IMG/VR virus record: IMGVR_UViG_3300028805_000057
Location: 83,895 to 147,894 of that record
From: a virus
Lineage: Duplodnaviria > Caudoviricetes
Length of the DNA stretch: 64,000 nt
Direction: 5' to 3' (one strand)
Positions 35,515 through 44,423 of the stretch are shown here, in pieces. The notes beneath the pieces were generated by a model that did not search any database, was not told where the DNA came from, and was given only the letters and a program-made list of their open reading frames with translations. The translations under genes and the position numbers were made by a program. Numbering within the stretch: the first letter of the stretch is position 1; every line of letters starts with the position of its first letter.

Positions 35515-37029
35515 ATGAATAAAATAGAATTCTTAGCAAATATAGATAAATATAAAGGCGAAGATCATTCTACTTTCCTTCAGCATTACGGAATCTTAGG
35601 ACAAAAATGGGGACAGCGTAGATGGCAAAATCCTGATGGCACTTTTAATGAAGAAGGTAAGCAAAGATATTTTGGTCAGAAATCAAACAATATAAGTTCT
35701 GAAGAAAAGATTGGTGGTTATACTGCAGATCATTTTCACAAAAATATTTATTTAAAGACTGACAAGAATACTCTTAAGAAAATTAAGAAGTATCCTGATA
35801 TATATGATACAGAAGGTTTAACTGATGATGAAATATTAAAAGCTGTTAGACGTGTTCCTAAGATACCTAATGCTAGAGCATATGGTAGAGAAATTAGAGA
35901 AGAACTTTATAATACTCAATTGAATAAGACAAGATCTAAGTATTACGAGACAAATACTAAAGATATTCTTGAAGCTGAAGATGTTGAAGAGCAAAAGATT
36001 GGTGGTTGGACAGATCATGGTAAAAAGATTGATGAATTATATCCTAATGATAATGGACATTTATATAGTGATAATCTTTACACATCTGATGAACAAGAAT
36101 ATTTTATGAATGAAAAAAATGCTAATAGAATAAATAAAATGGCTAAGTATGCTATGGAAGGTAATACTAAAAAGTATGATAAATTAATGGATAAAATTGA
36201 TGACAAATATAAAGATACAGTAAGAAGAGCAGTTCTTGATATTGAAGATGGTATAGATAATAAAGCTAATAATAAAAAAGGCAGAGAACTTTCTAAAGAA
36301 ATAGGACTTGGAGAAGTTGATTTAAATGCAATATTAAGAAATCGATATAAAGATGATGAACGAATGTATTCAATTAAAGATCGTGATATGATTCGTAATA
36401 ATATGGATACTATAATGACAGCAGTTAAGAAACTTAAAAATCAAGATATTAATGGATATTATGATGAAGTTGAAAAGATAGCTCGTACTGGTGAAGATAA
36501 AGATACTATTGATAGATTTGTAGATGACTATATTAGTATTAAATCATATATTGATGAAGGTAAAAAACTAGATAAAGAATTAAAAAATATGAAAAATATT
36601 CAAAGTAAATGTAAATATCCAATTGATTATGATACAGACGCAAGAGACTTTATGTTCTCAGAATATACAAAAGACTATAGATCAATTCAAGAAAAGATGC
36701 AAGATCCTAAAATACATAGAGACGGACAAAAAGTTATTAATAATCTTAATAAAAACTTTGATAAATATGTTGATCAATTTAAAGATAAAGTTGTTGAAAA
36801 TCTTTATGAAGATTATAAAGATTGGCATGCTGATGATGACAAGATACTATCTAAACAGCAATTTAAGAATGCCATTGGTAAAGTAAATAGTGGTAGTATT
36901 GATGATACTGGATATTTACAATTATATCTTGAAGATAATGGTTTATTCTATGGACATGTATTTACAAGTCTTGGAGTTATAGATGATAACGGTAATCTTA
37001 AAGTTGAAGATGTATTCTTAGAAGGTTAA
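35515..37029 (+). CDS. Leader + HYGILGQKWGQRR domain + DUF2262-like C-terminus, copy B
   Basis: RBS supports ATG 35515; C-terminal DNGLFYGHVF..G.IDDNG......LEG resembles DUF2262. Confidence 0.7.
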   Translation: MNKIEFLANIDKYKGEDHSTFLQHYGILGQKWGQRRWQNPDGTFNEEGKQRYFGQKSNNISSEEKIGGYTADHFHKNIYLKTDKNTLKKIKKYPDIYDTEGLTDDEILKAVRRVPKIPNARAYGREIREELYNTQLNKTRSKYYETNTKDILEAEDVEEQKIGGWTDHGKKIDELYPNDNGHLYSDNLYTSDEQEYFMNEKNANRINKMAKYAMEGNTKKYDKLMDKIDDKYKDTVRRAVLDIEDGIDNKANNKKGRELSKEIGLGEVDLNAILRNRYKDDERMYSIKDRDMIRNNMDTIMTAVKKLKNQDINGYYDEVEKIARTGEDKDTIDRFVDDYISIKSYIDEGKKLDKELKNMKNIQSKCKYPIDYDTDARDFMFSEYTKDYRSIQEKMQDPKIHRDGQKVINNLNKNFDKYVDQFKDKVVENLYEDYKDWHADDDKILSKQQFKNAIGKVNSGSIDDTGYLQLYLEDNGLFYGHVFTSLGVIDDNGNLKVEDVFLEG

Positions 37030-37042
37030 GGGAGGACCCTAA

Positions 37043-39436
37043 ATGACTAACAAAGAAATTCATGAAATGATTAAAAAATATGAATCAAAATGGGGACGAC
37101 TTGGGCATACTAATATTATGAGACCTGAATTAAATCACTCAGGAGAAGAAGGAGGAACAACAATGTCAAGCATGACTAATGATTTAATAGCATTTAGACA
37201 GAAAGTTGCTGCAGGTAGAGAAGCTAATAGACTTGCTCATAAATCAACTGTCAATGTTACAGATATTAATAGAAGATATTTTGAAGAGATTACCACAAAT
37301 GGTACTTTGATACATGCTGGAACTAATCAGCAAAACTACAAATACTATCAGAAGATAGATCTTGGTAATGGTCAGTCAAGATATTTCTATACTAAGGAAG
37401 AATGGGACGCTTACCAGAATGAAAAGAATGGTAAGAAACAGTCTACCGGTGGCGCTGAGAAAGTTCGTCAGATGCATAATGAGAAAGAATCTAATCTCCA
37501 GGGCATGATTAAAGATGGCGATTACTATGAAAAAGGTGAAGATGGTAAATTCCATAAGACTGATAAGAAATGGGATGATGTTAGAAAGCAGGCCATTGAA
37601 GAAGCTGATAACAAGATAATTGATGCTGCTAAAGAAGGTGGATATGAAGCTGCTAAGAAAGCTATCTTTGATGATGATCGTATGCTTGAAATGTTTGGCC
37701 AGTTTGAAGGCGGATTTGAGAATCATGGCTGGGAGCTTAATGATGATGACTCGATTACTGGTATGGATGATAATGATGAAAAGTACTTCAAGGAAATGGA
37801 AACTTGGCTTCGTAGCTTCAAGGATTCTACCGGTATAGATATTTATAAGAATCCCGATTTCCAGAAGTCTGTAATGGATGAAATTCGTAAGAGATATAAT
37901 CTTATGAAGAATCAGGCTAAGGAAAGAGAATCAAAAATCGAAGGAACTAAGAAGTATGCTACTCCTGAAGGTGCTGGTAAGAAGTCTGAAGAGAAGAAAG
38001 AAGAGACCACTAAGTCTGAAGAGAAGAAAGAAGAGACCACTAAGACCGAAGAGAAGAAGACTGAATCTAATAGCGGATCAGACTTTGATAAGAAGTTGAA
38101 TGAAACCATTACAAATGAAGGTTCTGATGCCACAGCTGATTATATCATTAATAACTCACCTGAATTTAAGGCTTATGCAAATGCTCTTCGTAAGGCTGTT
38201 GCTGATGGCAAGATTAAAGTATATCGTGATGGCGGAATGACTGGTAAGGAAAATAAAGAACTTGCTAGCACATTTGATCCGTTACTCGAAGACCTTGATG
38301 CTTTATTACAGAAAGCTGCTAAGAATCCAGACTTTGATCGTAAGGGTGTTGAGAAGCTTATCAATAAGGAATTTGAGAATATTGCTGCAGCTGCAACAGA
38401 GGATAAATATGGTGTAAGAGACAATACTAAGAAGTTTGTAAAACATTCCTTAGAAGAGCCTGAAATCATGGATGAGTATTCAGCATTTATGGAAAGAGTT
38501 AAGAAGGGTAGAGAAAAGAATAAACTTGCTCATTCTATAATGATTTCTCCTTCTGATTTAAATGCTAGATACGAGCAGTCCATTAAAGATCATTGTTTCT
38601 TAATTCATAGTGGCAATTTCAAGTATTACAACAAGATTGACTTAGGTAATGGTAATACAAGATATTTCTATACTAAGGCCGAGTGGGATGCTTATCAGAG
38701 AGAAAAGGGTTCTAAGACTAATACTGATCAGAAGCTTTCCAAAGAAACTTTAAAGCAGATCGAACAGCAAAAGCAGAAGAAAGCAAACTATGATAATAAT
38801 GCTGAAGCTGCTAAACATGAAGGCGACAGATGGCAGAAGAAAGAAGAGCCTAAGCCTAAAGTTACTGTTGAAACAATTGTAGTTGATGTAAAGAAAGATC
38901 CTAATTTTACAAAAACTGTAGATACTGTTAAAGCAGCAATTGATAATGGAGATATATCATATGTATATGATAAGCCCATTGTTAATATTGATAAGAAAAC
39001 TGGTAAACTAAGTGAAGCTGGTATGAAAGCTAATGAAGCTTGGCAGAATCTCTATAAGTCATTTAATGATTTATCGTCAAAGAATAAAGAAAATGGTTTA
39101 TCATATGAAGATGTTAAAGGCGCTTTAATGGATGCTTTTAATTCTGAATTAAAGAAAGCTCAATCTTCAAATAAGTCTGGATCTGATGATAAGCCAAAAG
39201 ATTCAAATCCTGATAACTTAGGCTTTGATAAGATGAAAGAAGGAATGACTCAGGAAGAATTTAATAAGGCATTGAAGGATGCTAGAGATTCTATTGATTT
39301 CGATAAGATGACAAATGAGATATCCGAAGTTATCAATGACCAGTTCAAGAATGTGGATCAAAGCGTTCTTGATGGCATTAAAGATCAGGTAACAAAAGAA
39401 ACTGAAAAAATGTTAAAGAATAAATTAGGTTTCTAA
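37043..39436 (+). CDS. Internally duplicated LxH-rich polyprotein-like virion protein
   Basis: Two copies of AF..(K/R)V..GRE.N.LAH...LIH.G..KYY.KIDLGNG..RYFYTK.EWDAYQ; six (L/V)xH sites. Confidence 0.75.
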   Translation: MTNKEIHEMIKKYESKWGRLGHTNIMRPELNHSGEEGGTTMSSMTNDLIAFRQKVAAGREANRLAHKSTVNVTDINRRYFEEITTNGTLIHAGTNQQNYKYYQKIDLGNGQSRYFYTKEEWDAYQNEKNGKKQSTGGAEKVRQMHNEKESNLQGMIKDGDYYEKGEDGKFHKTDKKWDDVRKQAIEEADNKIIDAAKEGGYEAAKKAIFDDDRMLEMFGQFEGGFENHGWELNDDDSITGMDDNDEKYFKEMETWLRSFKDSTGIDIYKNPDFQKSVMDEIRKRYNLMKNQAKERESKIEGTKKYATPEGAGKKSEEKKEETTKSEEKKEETTKTEEKKTESNSGSDFDKKLNETITNEGSDATADYIINNSPEFKAYANALRKAVADGKIKVYRDGGMTGKENKELASTFDPLLEDLDALLQKAAKNPDFDRKGVEKLINKEFENIAAAATEDKYGVRDNTKKFVKHSLEEPEIMDEYSAFMERVKKGREKNKLAHSIMISPSDLNARYEQSIKDHCFLIHSGNFKYYNKIDLGNGNTRYFYTKAEWDAYQREKGSKTNTDQKLSKETLKQIEQQKQKKANYDNNAEAAKHEGDRWQKKEEPKPKVTVETIVVDVKKDPNFTKTVDTVKAAIDNGDISYVYDKPIVNIDKKTGKLSEAGMKANEAWQNLYKSFNDLSSKNKENGLSYEDVKGALMDAFNSELKKAQSSNKSGSDDKPKDSNPDNLGFDKMKEGMTQEEFNKALKDARDSIDFDKMTNEISEVINDQFKNVDQSVLDGIKDQVTKETEKMLKNKLGF
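37982..38059 (+). repeat. 30-bp coding tandem repeat (KSEEKKEETT x2.5)
   Basis: aagtctgaagagaagaaagaagagaccact twice plus partial. Confidence 0.9.
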
Positions 39437-39439
39437 AAA

Positions 39440-39482
39440 TCAAAATGGGTACCTGGATAATTTCTGGGTACCCTTATTTTTT
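39440..39482 (+). terminator. TCAAAAT + hairpin terminator before tail-tip gene 1
   Basis: gggtacctgga..tctgggtaccc then T-rich tail. Confidence 0.7.
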
Positions 39483-39571
39483 AAAAAAGGAGACATTGGG
39501 CAAATGAGAAGCTTTCGCGCAAAATCAGCGTTCAAGCATTCCAAACCTAGCCGGAAAGGAGTGCCTAGCTT

Positions 39572-42500
39572 ATGAAATGGAACTACGATGATTCTATAAG
39601 AGATGAATTTAGCAAGGGACCGCATAGAGATATTCTCATAGTTCCTCATGCTACATATGTTACTCCAGTATCTGGTGGGCCTCCTGAAATAAAATCTAAG
39701 GTCCCTCAGTATATGTGGATTCCAATGCCTGTACCGATATGGGATGCTAAGGAAAAGAAGATGACGATTGTTACAATCCAACAGCCTTTTCCTAAGAAAG
39801 ATCCAAGTACAGGTGAAGTATTAAGAGAAGATGTAGAGTGGGTTATCACGAATGATGATATTATTAAAGAAAAGTTTAAATATTCTCATTCACTTAATTC
39901 GGAATCCAACTTAACATTCTCTTCTTGTAATGCTGCAATGGTACAATTTACCATAAGAAATAAGAAACAATATATACAAGAATTAGATGAACAGGGCGAA
40001 CCTACAGGAGAATATTACTGGGAACAAGAAATACCAAATTTACAAAACTATGAATTTGTAGAGAAGGACCCTGATGGTAATAGTAGAAAGATAGTTGGTG
40101 AATTATCTGGTAATGCTTGTATTAAAGTCTATACATACATAAATGGTGACTCAAGTACATTAATGTATTTAGGAATGTTCCAAGTTGAAGAAGATAAGAT
40201 GGTTGATAATGGGTATAACCGTCAAATTACTGCATATGACTTCATGGCATTCTTCAGAGATTGCGACATATTCTATTGGTATAAGCATCTCTGGACAGGT
40301 ATAAATAAACTGGACAATGACTTTGAAGACTATACAAGTGATAGTGATGAAGAAAAGAAGAAACCTGATGATTATGATGCTGAAGTTAACTGGGTAAGAA
40401 AACCGGCAAAAGATTTATATCCAAATAGAGATGGTAGATGGACTATAGGTGAAGCATTAAGGGATCTATTTGAAAACTTTGCGGCTTATGATATGATTAC
40501 TTATGATGAGGAAGAAATCGAAGTAGAGGATCCGGATACTCATGAAAAGAAAAAAGTTAAGACAACTGTAGCAAAATTAGGTAATACCGTAACAAACCCA
40601 AATAACTATGGACGAAATTATGAAGAAGGAACTGGTTATACAGGATTAGGTATGCCTGTAATGTTAGATCCTGATTTATATGATAATACAAAAGAATATA
40701 GTATACCAACAGAACCAGGTGCAGATCAATATGAATGTTATGGTTACATGGATGCTTTAGATATTGAATTTTATCAAGATCCGAATATAATGAAGTCAGA
40801 ATCTTTAAGTATGGGCAAATTCCTTGAAGATATTGGATTATTAGCTGGTAGATATCCTTATATCAGAACTGATCACTTACAAGATGATGATTGGTTTGAT
40901 CCTGCAACTAAAACAGGAAATCAAAATAGATATAATAATTATGAGAAATGTATTTTAACATTTAAACCTCTACCATCAAGTAAAGATGATAGCAAATTAC
41001 CTACTGATCAAATGTTGGATAATACAGAAATCAGTAAAGGATTTAGTCATGAATCTTATACTGTTGATGATATTGAGATAGTTAAGATAAATTTCCAAGA
41101 TAAAAGTAAGATTGAATATTCAAGACTTACGGCAAGTCAGAGAAAAGATAAGAAAACAGGTAATGTACAAACATTTACTTTTAGTGATAATATATTTGTT
41201 TCATACCTTGTCGAAAAATCTGATAATGAAGAAATTAAAAAGAAATTAGAGAATTATAAAGCATTAAAATTAAAGATATTTGGTAAAAACAATAAAAAAG
41301 GTAATATGAGTTCTACAGCATTATTTGCACAGGGATATTACAATATGAAATATAGAAGTTATGTCCCTTATGAACTTACAACCTATGCAGACCCTGTACG
41401 AGATGTCGGTGATAGAATAAAGATAACTTATACCGATGTCATCACAGGAGAATATGTAAGCTTTTTCTCATATATTCTTGAACGAGAAATGAATGGTATT
41501 CAGAAATGCCTGGATACTTACAAAGCTCAAGGTGATGGTCTTAATCCAGTATTTAGTAATTACCAAAGCGGTTCAAAGTATCAAAGTGGTTCAAGTTATG
41601 CTGCAAGTTCTTTCGGTTATAATGCTGTATATAGTGGAACTGGTTCCGGTGGATCAAGTGGCTCTGGTGCATTAGGAATTACTCCAAGTGACTTAGTACA
41701 GTATTGGCGAAACTTTGGTATAAGACTCTTAGATGAACCTAGTGACTGTCAAGCGAAGTTTGTTAAGGGAAGTGAACAAGGAGATCCTACTGCAGAACAT
41801 TATATATACAATATAAGTGGTGGTGAAACTAGTAGTATTAAAGATGGTAATACTACTAATCCAATATTATATGAACCTGGTGATGGTACTGGTACAAAGG
41901 AAGCGACTGTAACTGCCGGTGATTATGTTGATTGGGTAGAAGATTATCAGCACGATGATCTGATAGTACCAAGTTTTATTGACTATCCTTTATATGTTTA
42001 TACATTAAATAGTGAATGGAAATATGTTGGTAATGGCTATACAATGGGAGATGGCGGTTGTAATTTTTATGATAGTTCTAATGCTGAAATTATATTAAGT
42101 GATGGAACTATTGTAGAAGATGATACTGATATTGAAGGTAAAGCAGATGATACTCTAATTATTAAATTAAAATCTGGAACTCCGTATTATAAATATAGAT
42201 ATACTAATACAAGTTTTTATAGATATGCATCTGAAGATTGGGGTTTACCTTATACTACAAAAGAAGAATTAACAACTTCTGCAAGTATAAAAGTTGAACC
42301 TGGTGATACTATATGGGGTGCCGGGCAATGGTATTGTATTTATCAATATCCAGGAGTATGGGTTATTGCAGGTCATTATCCACAACTAGATATTCCAGTA
42401 ACACAAACAACTAAAAAATACATCTCACTCAAATGGTCTGATCCTCAAGATATTATAGACTGGAAACCTACACCTGCAACATGGGAAGGTACAGTAATTG

Positions 42501-43165
42501 TAAGGAAAGAGAACTCAGCACCACTTCATAGATGGGACGGAGAAAAAGTTGTTCGTACTACTACAAGAGATAAGTATAAGACTAAAGCATATAAAGATGA
42601 AGATATTAAAGCAAATAAAGTATATTACTATGGATTCTTTCCATATTATACAAAGATTGCCGATCCTGATCATCCTATAAGATTTTATACATTCACTAAG
42701 TCTATTAGAGTTGAGACTGGTATAGTTGCTCATCCTGCGACGATTACTAATTTGATAGTTTCTCATTTGGAGATTACTGTAGTATATGAAATACCATCTA
42801 TTGCTGCTGGAGTAAAATATAAATCAGTTACATTAGTTGGTAAAAAGAATGAAGCACCGGTTGACGAAACTGATGGTGATATTATTTTACCATTGGAGGA
42901 ATCATCTACTCAAGCAGTTATTGATGGTCTTGAACAAACTACAAGATATTACTTTATAATATTCTCTAAGGATACTGATGATGTTGTAGTATCATCTAAT
43001 TGTATGGATGCTATGACTACATATCCTCCAAAGATATTTGCTGAGATTATAGAAACTAGAAATGATCCTTATGATAGTGATTTCTTTACAGAGAGTATAG
43101 AAGCTGTTGGAATGCCATCAGAAAGTAATTTCTTTACTGAAATTATTAATGTTACACAAGGATAA
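39572..43165 (+). CDS. Tail-tip/baseplate hub protein with FN3-like domains, paralog 1
   Basis: LGMFQVEED..RQITAYDF, YVPY.L...DP.RDVGDRI, YILER...G....DTY.A.G hub motifs; LKWSDP...W.GT.IVRKE...YYYGFFPY FN3-like domain. Confidence 0.7.
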   Translation: MKWNYDDSIRDEFSKGPHRDILIVPHATYVTPVSGGPPEIKSKVPQYMWIPMPVPIWDAKEKKMTIVTIQQPFPKKDPSTGEVLREDVEWVITNDDIIKEKFKYSHSLNSESNLTFSSCNAAMVQFTIRNKKQYIQELDEQGEPTGEYYWEQEIPNLQNYEFVEKDPDGNSRKIVGELSGNACIKVYTYINGDSSTLMYLGMFQVEEDKMVDNGYNRQITAYDFMAFFRDCDIFYWYKHLWTGINKLDNDFEDYTSDSDEEKKKPDDYDAEVNWVRKPAKDLYPNRDGRWTIGEALRDLFENFAAYDMITYDEEEIEVEDPDTHEKKKVKTTVAKLGNTVTNPNNYGRNYEEGTGYTGLGMPVMLDPDLYDNTKEYSIPTEPGADQYECYGYMDALDIEFYQDPNIMKSESLSMGKFLEDIGLLAGRYPYIRTDHLQDDDWFDPATKTGNQNRYNNYEKCILTFKPLPSSKDDSKLPTDQMLDNTEISKGFSHESYTVDDIEIVKINFQDKSKIEYSRLTASQRKDKKTGNVQTFTFSDNIFVSYLVEKSDNEEIKKKLENYKALKLKIFGKNNKKGNMSSTALFAQGYYNMKYRSYVPYELTTYADPVRDVGDRIKITYTDVITGEYVSFFSYILEREMNGIQKCLDTYKAQGDGLNPVFSNYQSGSKYQSGSSYAASSFGYNAVYSGTGSGGSSGSGALGITPSDLVQYWRNFGIRLLDEPSDCQAKFVKGSEQGDPTAEHYIYNISGGETSSIKDGNTTNPILYEPGDGTGTKEATVTAGDYVDWVEDYQHDDLIVPSFIDYPLYVYTLNSEWKYVGNGYTMGDGGCNFYDSSNAEIILSDGTIVEDDTDIEGKADDTLIIKLKSGTPYYKYRYTNTSFYRYASEDWGLPYTTKEELTTSASIKVEPGDTIWGAGQWYCIYQYPGVWVIAGHYPQLDIPVTQTTKKYISLKWSDPQDIIDWKPTPATWEGTVIVRKENSAPLHRWDGEKVVRTTTRDKYKTKAYKDEDIKANKVYYYGFFPYYTKIADPDHPIRFYTFTKSIRVETGIVAHPATITNLIVSHLEITVVYEIPSIAAGVKYKSVTLVGKKNEAPVDETDGDIILPLEESSTQAVIDGLEQTTRYYFIIFSKDTDDVVVSSNCMDAMTTYPPKIFAEIIETRNDPYDSDFFTESIEAVGMPSESNFFTEIINVTQG

Positions 43166-43179
43166 AAAGGAGGCGTAAT

Positions 43180-43338
43180 ATGGACGGAAATAGCGGTATT
43201 TATGAAATACATGAGACTAAAGAAGAAGAAGAGTGGGGCGAAGAAGTAGTCTTAGAAAGTAGAGAACTTGATCCTACTGGTTTGTTTATTGAAGAGATAC
43301 AAGTAAGAAGATTGGGCGGTGGTAATAATGCTAACTGA
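43180..43338 (+). CDS. Acidic 52-aa protein (not in ORF track)
   Basis: AAGGAGG RBS; MDGNSGIYEIHETKEEEEWGEE... Confidence 0.6.
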   Translation: MDGNSGIYEIHETKEEEEWGEEVVLESRELDPTGLFIEEIQVRRLGGGNNAN

Positions 43339-43825
43339 TAATTTTTTAAGATTATTTAGTAATACTATGCAAAATCAATTAACAGCATATCAAGATTGCG
43401 GTGCGGGTAGCTATGGCATTTATCAAATGAATGAATTAATTGGTTGTAATGATGTAATTAGAAGAGGAAGAGATGATACCGGTTCAAGAGCATTAGGTTG
43501 GTATGTAATGATTGGGACTGGTAATACAACTCCAACAAAAACCGATATACATTTAAATAATATTATTGATTTAACCCCAACAAGTACATCTTTAGTTGTA
43601 GGTACTGATAATATTTTGAAAAAAGTAATACATAAATTTACTAATACTACGAATGATGCTTTAGTTATAAAAGAAATTGGTTTAGGATATGGTGGTAAAG
43701 TGCATGCGTCATGGCCTAATAATTATTTTATGTGTGCTAGAAAATTATTGGATACTCCCGTAACAATGCAACCTGGGGAAACATATCAATTTTCTTATAC
43801 AATAGGAATTAAATCAGGAGGTTGA
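43328..43825 (+). CDS. Tail-collar/fibre-base-like protein, copy 1
   Basis: IGTGNT.P...D..L, EIGL, ARK.L..PVT..PGE....Y.I; paralog of next gene; start could be 43319. Confidence 0.6.
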   Translation: MLTDNFLRLFSNTMQNQLTAYQDCGAGSYGIYQMNELIGCNDVIRRGRDDTGSRALGWYVMIGTGNTTPTKTDIHLNNIIDLTPTSTSLVVGTDNILKKVIHKFTNTTNDALVIKEIGLGYGGKVHASWPNNYFMCARKLLDTPVTMQPGETYQFSYTIGIKSGG

Positions 43826-43829
43826 TAAT

Positions 43830-44312
43830 ATGGTATTACATAATTTTGCTTATTCATTTGGTGGACAAACTTTATCACAAGTTTCAACAAGATTAGATTA
43901 TGGAGCTTCAAATGTATCTTCAATGACAGATGTAAATATGGCTAGTATATGGAATATATTTGCTGCAGCTGGTAGAGATAGTACTAATTCTGCTCATTTA
44001 TATTTAGGCGTTGGTAGTGCTACAGATAATGTTACATATGAAGATACTAGATTACATGAACCAATTACAAGTTTAACAGTTGTTTCAGCATCACAGGTTA
44101 CAGCAAGTGGAAGAATTATAAAATATGTAGATACTACTTTTAGAAATGATACTAATGCTGTAATTGGTATAAATGAAATAGTATTTGGATTTAATCTTTC
44201 TTCAAATGATAAACGTTGTGGTTTTATTATTGCAAGAAAAAGATTGTCACAAACTATTAATGTTAATCCTGGTGAAGTATATTCTTTATCTTATAGTATA
44301 CTTTTAAATTAA
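43830..44312 (+). CDS. Tail-collar/fibre-base-like protein, copy 2
   Basis: VGS.T.....D..L, NEI, ARKRL...INVNPGE...L.Y.I. Confidence 0.6.
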   Translation: MVLHNFAYSFGGQTLSQVSTRLDYGASNVSSMTDVNMASIWNIFAAAGRDSTNSAHLYLGVGSATDNVTYEDTRLHEPITSLTVVSASQVTASGRIIKYVDTTFRNDTNAVIGINEIVFGFNLSSNDKRCGFIIARKRLSQTINVNPGEVYSLSYSILLN

Positions 44313-44313
44313 T

Positions 44314-44358
44314 TCAAAATGGGTACTTAGAATAATCTCTAGGTACCCTCTTTCTTTT
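44314..44358 (+). terminator. TCAAAAT + hairpin terminator before tail-tip gene 2
   Basis: gggtacttaga..tctaggtaccc then tctttctttt. Confidence 0.7.
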
Positions 44359-44423
44359 AAAAAGGAGAAAATTGGGCAAATAAACCCATCACAATCTTAT
44401 ATCGAAAGGAGATTTCTTACAAG

